64,000 bases of DNA, from the IMG/VR virus record IMGVR_UViG_3300023174_000046, positions 1 to 64,000 of that record; one strand, written 5' to 3'. Shown piece after piece: positions 28,690 to 35,651 of the stretch. The stretch's first letter is position 1. Each line of letters begins with the position of its first letter. The position numbers were made by a program, and so were the translations under genes. The notes under the pieces are model-generated. The model was not told where the DNA came from. It searched no databases and saw only the letters and a program-made list of their open reading frames with translations.

Positions 28690-29834
28690 ATATCAGAGAT
28701 ACGTGTATAATGTCTACCACCATCAAACTTATTGTTAGTAATTATCTCTATATATTTCTTAAATTGTTCTTTGCTTAAGTTCTTAGAAGGGAAAGAAAAG
28801 AAATTGCAGCAATTGTGCTTGATTGCATACTCACAAGAATAGTCATCGTACACAAGGCATGATCTTATGCCTTCTACTTTATTGGCACAAATATTAACTC
28901 CTTGCCCGGTTCTACAAAACGCAAGAACTAGATCAACATTTTTTTTAAGCAGTTGCTTGGCTGATTCTTTGACGTATATATTGTAATCACAATCTTTGCC
29001 TGAGAATGTTCCGTAATCAATATAATCAATCTTATATTCATTCAACAACTCTATTGCGAGTTCCTTAGCCTCATAACCAGAATGATCAGAGCATAAACCT
29101 ATACGCAATGTATCATACAATACATTTTTTTCATAGAATTCTAATTCTAACGGTGTTCCTAATACATAGAATTTATCTGTTAAGATTGCATTAACCTTTA
29201 AATTATTTTTTATGTAGTGATTATAAATAGGACATATATAATATTCATTTTTTACTGTTTCTTTATTTTCAATCATTATTGATGCATACTTAAAAAACAA
29301 TTCTGGTTTTTTAAAGAAATATAAACCTGCTGCAGCGTTATCGCTTATAACTTCTTTTTCTTTTGTTTCAACAACAAATCCATCTTCACCCAACCTTGCA
29401 TAGCTATGATCGGGGCTATTCGCTTTAAAGGTAAGCAGTGATGCATCGTATTTAATAAACAAGTCTAGATCAAAATTTGGCGCAAAAGTAACATCCGGAG
29501 TATAGACAACAAGCGGCAGGGCGTTGTCAATATATTCACGAGAATACAAACAAGTACATAATGCACCGCCTGTTAATTCATTTAATTCTATAATCGTTAT
29601 ATTATTGCCAAATTTTTTCTTTAAAAAACTATCGATTGAAAAATTTAAAACGTGTTGCTTCTGAACAATAAAAATTATATTTGCGTCACTCAAGTTAAAG
29701 GGTGTCAATGCATGCTCTAATATTGTCTTCTTATTACAAGGTATCATTGGCTTGGGCATCAAATAACCTGCTTCTTTAAAGCGGTTTGCAGAGCCAGCTA
29801 TAGGTAATACTAAGTTATATTTTTTTGAGCTCAT
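28686..29834 (-). CDS. sugar-phosphate nucleotidyltransferase fused to RpiB/LacAB isomerase
   Basis: N: PIAGSANRF..GY..PKP, EKEVISD.A.AGLY; C: SDHSGY, CRTGQG.NI.ANKV.GIR, HN.CN, FDGGRH..RI. Confidence 0.85.
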   Translation of the reverse strand: MSSKKYNLVLPIAGSANRFKEAGYLMPKPMIPCNKKTILEHALTPFNLSDANIIFIVQKQHVLNFSIDSFLKKKFGNNITIIELNELTGGALCTCLYSREYIDNALPLVVYTPDVTFAPNFDLDLFIKYDASLLTFKANSPDHSYARLGEDGFVVETKEKEVISDNAAAGLYFFKKPELFFKYASIMIENKETVKNEYYICPIYNHYIKNNLKVNAILTDKFYVLGTPLELEFYEKNVLYDTLRIGLCSDHSGYEAKELAIELLNEYKIDYIDYGTFSGKDCDYNIYVKESAKQLLKKNVDLVLAFCRTGQGVNICANKVEGIRSCLVYDDYSCEYAIKHNCCNFFSFPSKNLSKEQFKKYIEIITNNKFDGGRHYTRISDI

Positions 29835-30483
29835 ATGTTATTAAATCGTGTGACGGCTTTATTGATTTATGCACATTTAGTTTATTTTCAATTAAATTAC
29901 ATAAAACGTATGCTGCAAATTTATCACCCAACCCTAATACATTCACATTATCAACAATCTCAGCATTAAAATCGGTAGAACCATCTCTTGTGTAAAGAGT
30001 GCTGCCCGTCTTCTTATGCAGAATTATGTTTGGGATTTTTCTTGATAATTCCTCCATACTAATAAAACAATCTTCATCAGAAATAAACAACAAATCTATC
30101 TTGTTTAAGAATTCAGAAGTTCCATCTAGATGTCTACCATTACAAACATCTGCGGTAACGAAACCGTTTAAATTTTCAATAAACGAGATATCTTCTAATT
30201 CATTAATATACATTATATGATGTATTGAAGAAGACTGCACTATAGCGGGTGAGCTATAGAGATTGAGACATGATTTGCTAGTTCTCTTTGATTCCTTTTG
30301 ATTTATCATTACAAGGGATTCACCTATTGCAGTAGGTTGTAAAGAAATTTTGAGGTGAGGTTTATATTCTTTTATGCTCTTCCACACATTACCCATGCAA
30401 CCGACCGAAGTCGTATTTTCAAAACCGTTAAATATGTTATCGAAGCTCAGATGGCCGTAGAGAGAGATATCAAAACTTTTCAT
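29815..30483 (-). CDS. PfkB-family carbohydrate kinase
   Basis: GCMGNV and C-terminal NVLGLGDKFAA anion-hole motif. Confidence 0.75.
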   Translation of the reverse strand: MKSFDISLYGHLSFDNIFNGFENTTSVGCMGNVWKSIKEYKPHLKISLQPTAIGESLVMINQKESKRTSKSCLNLYSSPAIVQSSSIHHIMYINELEDISFIENLNGFVTADVCNGRHLDGTSEFLNKIDLLFISDEDCFISMEELSRKIPNIILHKKTGSTLYTRDGSTDFNAEIVDNVNVLGLGDKFAAYVLCNLIENKLNVHKSIKPSHDLITYELKKI

Positions 30484-31000
30484 GTTGATCTATTGCGTAT
30501 ATGTTTTCTATGCTGTAGTTAGAAATAAGATCTCTCTCTAATAACCATTCGTACAGTTCTAATACACAATTGTCACCTCCTTTATTCTTTAAAACGTGGG
30601 AAATTTTTTTAATTTCTTTTGGAGCATCGCTCGGGCAAAAAGCATATTTTACTTTTTTCATAATTTCTAAATCAAACGTATCATCTCCCATAAACACTGC
30701 TTCATCTGATAAGCAATTATATTTTTCTAATAATGTATGCAAAAACTCACTCTTGCACATACCCCGGGTATAATAAAAAGGTATATTTCTATTTTTAGCT
30801 ATAGCCTCATTTATCTTGTTATCTCCTGATAAAAAAACAACTTCAATATTTACAGATTTAAATTTTTTAATAGCAGTAAAGTCTTTATCGCAGAATGTTT
30901 TGTACGCTGCAGTGCCGCTGCTGTCGTAGTATTTTTTACCATCTGTTAAAATACCATCTACATCTAATATTATTAATTTTATCAAAATATTATTCTCCAA
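30470..31000 (-). CDS. KdsC-like HAD phosphatase
   Basis: LDVDGILTDG, FMGDDTFD, PSDA, GG..CVLE. Confidence 0.85.
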   Translation of the reverse strand: MENNILIKLIILDVDGILTDGKKYYDSSGTAAYKTFCDKDFTAIKKFKSVNIEVVFLSGDNKINEAIAKNRNIPFYYTRGMCKSEFLHTLLEKYNCLSDEAVFMGDDTFDLEIMKKVKYAFCPSDAPKEIKKISHVLKNKGGDNCVLELYEWLLERDLISNYSIENIYAIDQHEKF

Positions 31001-31609
31001 TTATCTTATCAAATTAACATCTACATCTACACGTTCTTCACTTATACTGTTTGTTGTGCAATGATGTTTTAATAAAGTCTCGGGATGAAAAATTATATTA
31101 TTATCGATATAATCATTTATTCTTAGGTATATCTCTGATATTTTATCCATGGTTTTTGAGTCAGAAAACCAGAATTGGTCACAATACCCGCCAAGATAAT
31201 CTTTTTCTCTGTTGCCAATCAATACAATAGCATTATTCGTTGTTCTCAATTTGACCTTATTTGTAAATGTACAATCTGGTCTCAATCTCACTACTACATC
31301 AAAATCTTCACCAGTTTCAACTTCATAATCGCGTTTCAATTGAACACATTTGTAAACTTTATACATCCACTTTAAAATATTTGTTATGTTAGGGTTAGTT
31401 CCGCTCGATTTTGCTGTAAATTTTGCAAGTTTATTTTTGTAAAGATCAAGCTCTGGTACATACAAGGATCTCTCTGCAATAAGCCCTGGTAAAGGAACAT
31501 CTGTTACAGTAAATATCTTATGATCGCAGTCAAATAAATTTGAAATTATGTTATCTTTGTTCTGTTCCCAGGTTCTTGTTTGGCCTGAAATACATATAGC
31601 AACTTTCAT
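31001..31609 (-). CDS. putative glycosyltransferase (MKxAxCxSGQxR family)
   Basis: VAICISGQTR, FDVVVRLRPD, CDQFW, HPETLL. Confidence 0.6.
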   Translation of the reverse strand: MKVAICISGQTRTWEQNKDNIISNLFDCDHKIFTVTDVPLPGLIAERSLYVPELDLYKNKLAKFTAKSSGTNPNITNILKWMYKVYKCVQLKRDYEVETGEDFDVVVRLRPDCTFTNKVKLRTTNNAIVLIGNREKDYLGGYCDQFWFSDSKTMDKISEIYLRINDYIDNNIIFHPETLLKHHCTTNSISEERVDVDVNLIR

Positions 31610-31629
31610 ACAACATTATATTACAGGAG

Positions 31630-31673
31630 TTGATTAGTTTTTCAACCATAATATAATATGTAGTTCTTTTACA
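31630..31673 (+). promoter_or_regulatory. tRNA operon promoter plus boxA-like element
   Basis: TTGATT-N16-TATAAT; AGTTCTTTTACA at 31662-31673. Confidence 0.65.
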
Positions 31674-31680
31674 TTTTATT

Positions 31681-31754
31681 CGGGCATTAGCACAGCCTGG
31701 TAGTGCACTTGCTTTGGGAGCAAGATGTCGCAGGTTCAAATCCTGCATGCCCGA
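31681..31754 (+). tRNA. tRNA-Pro(TGG)
   Basis: cttgc-TT TGG GA-gcaag. Confidence 0.93.
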
Positions 31755-31761
31755 AGTTTTT

Positions 31762-31839
31762 TGTTGGGTGGACGTTTTAGCGTTTTCCCTGTCCTTTAAA
31801 ACAACTGAAGAGAGAAACGCGACAAGTTGTTTACCAGCA
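31762..31839 (+). ncRNA. unannotated structured RNA (three-way junction with kissing loops)
   Basis: P1 tgttgg/ccagca, P2 ggac/gtcc, P3 aaacaact/agttgttt, loop-loop gcgtttt/gaaacgc. Confidence 0.5.
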
Positions 31840-31841
31840 TT

Positions 31842-31924
31842 GGGTAGATACCGAAGTGGCCAAACGGGGGAGACTGTAAATCTCTTGGCTTACGCCTTCA
31901 GTGGTTCGAATCCACTTCTGCCCA
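31842..31924 (+). tRNA. tRNA-Tyr(GTA)
   Basis: ggaga-CT GTA AA-tctct; long variable arm. Confidence 0.93.
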
Positions 31925-31930
31925 AATTTC

Positions 31931-32014
31931 CGTCGCATGGCGAAATGGCAGACGCGCTAGCCTTAGGAGCTAGTACCGCAAGGTGTGTAGGTTCAAGTCC
32001 TACTGTGACGACCA
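31931..32014 (+). tRNA. tRNA-Leu(TAG)
   Basis: ctagc-CT TAG GA-gctag; variable arm; encoded CCA. Confidence 0.92.
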
Positions 32015-32021
32015 TTATAAT

Positions 32022-32094
32022 GGGGGTGTAGCTCATCTGGTAGAGCGGGACCTTTGCAAGGTCTAGGTAGCGGGTTCGAGTCCTGTCACCTCCA
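32022..32094 (+). tRNA. tRNA-Ala(TGC)
   Basis: GGGGGTG/CACCTCC with G3-U70; TT TGC AA loop. Confidence 0.93.
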
Positions 32095-32130
32095 TGTTAT
32101 TAAAGTAAGATCCAAGGACTAAGTAATTAT

Positions 32131-32403
32131 ATGCCTAGTCTACGCAACTGTGTTACTATAAAAGCTATACTGTATATTGGAATTGCTTCACTCACAACAT
32201 TGATGTCGGATTTAGGCGACTTCAAGTCTTTTGAAGAAATTAACCCGGTTAAAGCTACCTTGTTTGGTATTAATTTCATTCTGCAAGGTTTAATTGCCTG
32301 GAGAGCATTCTTGGATCAATCTGTGGGCCGTGCTCGTATTGATGCAGCCATGAAGAAGAAAGAGGAAAAACAGTTGGAACTAATAGTTGAAGGTCCTAAA
32401 TAA
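32131..32403 (+). CDS. putative holin
   Basis: two TM segments, charged C-terminus, heads the lysis cluster. Confidence 0.55.
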   Translation: MPSLRNCVTIKAILYIGIASLTTLMSDLGDFKSFEEINPVKATLFGINFILQGLIAWRAFLDQSVGRARIDAAMKKKEEKQLELIVEGPK

Positions 32404-32407
32404 TTGC

Positions 32408-32857
32408 ATGAAAACTATTCTTCCTTTTATTCTTATTCCTTTGCTTGTTGCAGGCTGTGCAACAACTGGTACCGATGGTAAAATTGATCCAGCACAAACA
32501 GTGGAAAATGCTCTGCCCTACATTGCACCAGCAGTTACTTTAACTTGCACTGTTGTTCTGGATCAAGCATTGAGTGAAAGTGATCGCATTGAAAAAGCAA
32601 AAATGATTAACAACGTTGCAACAATTGTGGAGAGTTTGACACGTGGTGCAACACCCACACCTGATCAACTGCAAAAAGCACTCACTGATTATCTTCCTGT
32701 GGAAAAGACACATTGGTCAAAATACGTTGTAGCCATCAAAGATTTGTATGCTACACAGTTTAATAAAGTTGGTGGTAACGGCAAGCTCGCAGTGGATGTT
32801 CTCAATGCAATCGCCAAAGGTTGCAAAGATGCAACTGAAAGCTACGTTAATAACTAA
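32408..32857 (+). CDS. lipoprotein
   Basis: MKTILPFILIPLLVAG-C lipobox; TAAATA-N5-ATG. Confidence 0.7.
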   Translation: MKTILPFILIPLLVAGCATTGTDGKIDPAQTVENALPYIAPAVTLTCTVVLDQALSESDRIEKAKMINNVATIVESLTRGATPTPDQLQKALTDYLPVEKTHWSKYVVAIKDLYATQFNKVGGNGKLAVDVLNAIAKGCKDATESYVNN

Positions 32858-33057
32858 TGCCTGCAGGAATCTTACAAGCACTATTAAGCGCCATTTCTGG
32901 GATCTTTGGAGCTATCAATAATGTGTTTGGAGCAAAGAACACCCCTGAAATGAAAAAAGCTCAAGAACAACAAAAAGAAGTTGACTTTAACAATGAAGTA
33001 GAAAAAGCAATAAAAGGTAAAGATGTTAAAAAAATTCGCGATATTCTCTCTGAGTAG
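32857..33057 (+). CDS. putative i-spanin-like membrane protein
   Basis: N-terminal hydrophobic helix then charged helix; overlaps the next lipoprotein gene. Confidence 0.5.
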   Translation: MPAGILQALLSAISGIFGAINNVFGAKNTPEMKKAQEQQKEVDFNNEVEKAIKGKDVKKIRDILSE

Positions 33058-33442
33058 TTTTTTATTATGCTCGTGTACCACAGTTACACCCAACAAAGTG
33101 ACAGATGAAATAGCTTCTTATGATGCCACAACACCCAATGGATATGATATACAAAACTCTGGCTTTATTGGCTTTACTGATGATGGGCGGGGTCTTATTA
33201 CTCAGTTTGGTCTTCTCCGGTACAACACCCTCATCAAAGCGTATAAGATAAGATTCAAGTCATTCAAAGGTGTAGAACTAAACGAAAACGATGGCATAAC
33301 AGAGTACACTGATAAACGCAACAACAAGCTTTATATCATGGATCAACAGCACTTGGTGTATTACGCCATTCTGAACAGCTGGCGCAAAGATGGCAAAGAA
33401 CCAGATTCCATCTGGGACAAGGCCAAAGACCTGGTCAAATAA
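33023..33442 (+). CDS. lipoprotein, putative o-spanin-like
   Basis: MLKKFAIFSLSSFLLCS-C lipobox. Confidence 0.6.
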   Translation: MLKKFAIFSLSSFLLCSCTTVTPNKVTDEIASYDATTPNGYDIQNSGFIGFTDDGRGLITQFGLLRYNTLIKAYKIRFKSFKGVELNENDGITEYTDKRNNKLYIMDQQHLVYYAILNSWRKDGKEPDSIWDKAKDLVK

Positions 33443-33443
33443 C

Positions 33444-33608
33444 ATGATGAGAACTGTTGCAGTTGTATTTGCAAGCGTCATGTTAACCAGTTGCTCTCCT
33501 GTGCAACAACCTGCACCATACCAAACCAAGTACCCAGATGCACCCACCATGCAGAGTGCTGCAGATGCCAATACCAAGACATTCAACGAACATTCATTTG
33601 ATAGATAA
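33444..33608 (+). CDS. small Pro-rich lipoprotein
   Basis: MMRTVAVVFASVMLTS-CSPVQQPAPY. Confidence 0.55.
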   Translation: MMRTVAVVFASVMLTSCSPVQQPAPYQTKYPDAPTMQSAADANTKTFNEHSFDR

Positions 33609-33613
33609 TTATT

Positions 33614-34105
33614 ATGAATCAAAACGATTTTCAAAAATCTATGAAGTTTGTATTGGATGCAGAAGGTGGTTACACCAACGACCCAGCTGATCCAGGTGGT
33701 GAGACCAATTATGGCATTGACAAGAGAAGTCATGCAGATGTGGATATCAAAGCATTAACTGTGGAACAAGCCACAGACATATATTTCACTGAGTATTGGG
33801 TTCGGTTCAATTGTGAACAATTTGCATGGCCCCTTAATTGTGTTTATTTTGACAGCTGTGTGAACACTGGCAACAAACAAAGCAACAAATTCTTGCAACG
33901 AGCAGTGGGCACTGAGGCTGATGGTGTGTTGGGACCCAAAACATTGGGTGCCATTAACAGCAAGCGCGCAGACACAGTTGCCAATGCTACCATTGATCAA
34001 CGCCAACGATTTTATGAAACATTGGCACAGAACAAGCCTGCGCTCAAAAAGTTTCTCAAGGGCTGGACCAACAGAAACAACAATCTTAGAAAATTTATTG
34101 CTTAG
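33614..34105 (+). CDS. GH108 endolysin with C-terminal peptidoglycan-binding domain
   Basis: EGGY.NDP.DPGGETNYGI; DGVLGPKT; KFLKGW.NR. Confidence 0.9.
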   Translation: MNQNDFQKSMKFVLDAEGGYTNDPADPGGETNYGIDKRSHADVDIKALTVEQATDIYFTEYWVRFNCEQFAWPLNCVYFDSCVNTGNKQSNKFLQRAVGTEADGVLGPKTLGAINSKRADTVANATIDQRQRFYETLAQNKPALKKFLKGWTNRNNNLRKFIA

Positions 34106-34110
34106 AGGTT

Positions 34111-34965
34111 TTAGTAAATACCTATTGTCATGGCTGTCCACAAATCTAATTTAGTTGAACTATCCAATCTTTGCACACACATGGTTAAAGTCTTTCCATT
34201 TGCAGTCAATGGTATGTTGCTCAATGTAGTTTCAGCTTCAGAGTTTTTACCAATCACAATGCCGCTGTGTCTTTTTGTTCCACCTGTAAAGCCGTTGGGA
34301 GTATTGCTTCCAAATGCATCTGTGTAGAATCGGTATTCAGCATCTGCATTTACAGAAGAAAAAGCTGGTACGGTGCCTGTTATTGTTGCATCCTCATACC
34401 ACACATACCCTATAGTGCTTGAATTAGCATTGTTATTGCCCAGTTCATATTCTAATATTTTCACAGTTTGTGATGCAGTACTTTTGGCCCTTATTGTAAT
34501 CATAGGAATTAAATTGTCAGACATGGTCCAACCACGGTGAGTAAAAATACCAAAATTATGAAATGTATAAATTTCAGGCACTTGTTCTAATACAGTCACA
34601 TTTCCTGATACTGGTGTTGTGCCCCATGGCAACACTCTCAAAGCACCCACTTCAATGCCATTGACTGTGGCCACACGTATCACATTGCCATACACATCTG
34701 TACCTGTGGAATGATCCACAAGCCCCACATCACCAATGTTCACATTGCTAGCAGATAAAATTAATTGTATGTCTTGTGGGTTTGTAATGTATGTCATTAC
34801 AGCTGTCTTGGGATACACATCAACTGAGCTAACTGGTGGTGCAGAATCTCTGTAGCTGTAACGGGTTACAGAGACTGCAGGGTATCGTGTATCATTGTCA
34901 AACTGTACAAATTTCTGGTATTCAACTTGTTCTTGTTGACCGAATACATTAAAATTATAAGACAT
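34111..34965 (-). CDS. hypothetical, probably structural protein
   Basis: 284 aa, beta-rich composition; TAAATA upstream. Confidence 0.65.
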   Translation of the reverse strand: MSYNFNVFGQQEQVEYQKFVQFDNDTRYPAVSVTRYSYRDSAPPVSSVDVYPKTAVMTYITNPQDIQLILSASNVNIGDVGLVDHSTGTDVYGNVIRVATVNGIEVGALRVLPWGTTPVSGNVTVLEQVPEIYTFHNFGIFTHRGWTMSDNLIPMITIRAKSTASQTVKILEYELGNNNANSSTIGYVWYEDATITGTVPAFSSVNADAEYRFYTDAFGSNTPNGFTGGTKRHSGIVIGKNSEAETTLSNIPLTANGKTLTMCVQRLDSSTKLDLWTAMTIGIY

Positions 34966-34985
34966 AGTATTATGAATATTTAAGG

Positions 34986-35030
34986 TTGCATGTAGTAATA
35001 TTGCCTATATACTAATAGTGTTCTTTAACA
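34986..35030 (+). promoter_or_regulatory. tmRNA promoter plus boxA
   Basis: TTGCAT-N16-TATACT; TGTTCTTTAACA at 35019-35030. Confidence 0.7.
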
Positions 35031-35035
35031 ACGAT

Positions 35036-35439
35036 GGGGGTGAATGGAATCGATTGAATGGTAGATTTCATGAGTGCAAGTACCGGGGCATGCCGGTTAC
35101 CAATAGCAATCATATTAAATGCCGAAGATAACTTCGACATGGCTATGAGTCTTGAAGAGGCTGACGCAATTCTTGCAACAGCAGGCTTCGTGGATTCAGA
35201 AGCTGAACTCGAACTAGTTTAGTTCGATCGTTCTACTGTAGAGTGAAGCTTGTAAAGTAGAGCGTGTTACTGGCTTTCGTATGGTCTGGGTTTTAACAAT
35301 TAATAGATCATACGTACAAAATTGTTATCAGTAAGGGCTTTTTGCTTAGTTTAATCCTTATGAAAATTCAACTAAAATAAACTTGTAGTGCTTATGAGAG
35401 AAGCTTTTCAAGACCTGGGTTCAAATCCCAGCACCTCCA
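35036..35439 (+). ncRNA. ssrA: tmRNA
   Basis: 5' GGGGGTGAATGGAATCGA; 3' GACCTGGGTTCAAATCCCAGCACCTCCA; Ala-type G3-U acceptor; tag frame 35121-35222. Confidence 0.9.
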
Positions 35440-35468
35440 TTTTTTATAAAAAAAGATTAAATAATAAT

Positions 35469-35651
35469 GTGGGTAGTTTAACAGTAAGCTTGACAGGTTC
35501 GTGCTTGTATCAGCGCTTTCATGAAGAACGCAATCGTATTTTAGAGAACAAATGGTACATGTCTGAACGTGAAGGCAAAGATGTTGGTTTTGAGAGAGCT
35601 TTACTGGATTGGGTTTTTAATCACAGAGACAAGTGGATAAAAGGAAAGTAA
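35469..35651 (+). CDS. small DUF4032-like protein of Verrucomicrobiota type
   Basis: S.LY..F..ER..IL..KWYMSE.EG.DVGFERALLDW...HR.KW; TAAATA-N5-GTG. Confidence 0.75.
   Translation: MGSLTVSLTGSCLYQRFHEERNRILENKWYMSEREGKDVGFERALLDWVFNHRDKWIKGK

Noticed and set aside
31780-31832. Hammerhead ribozyme (CTGAAGA...GAAAC) in the Pro-Tyr spacer
   Set aside because: Only 2 nt separate CUGANGA from GAAA, so there is no stem II, and stem I would be 2 bp or less. It does not fit an HDV/theta topology either. Kept only as an unclassified structured RNA.
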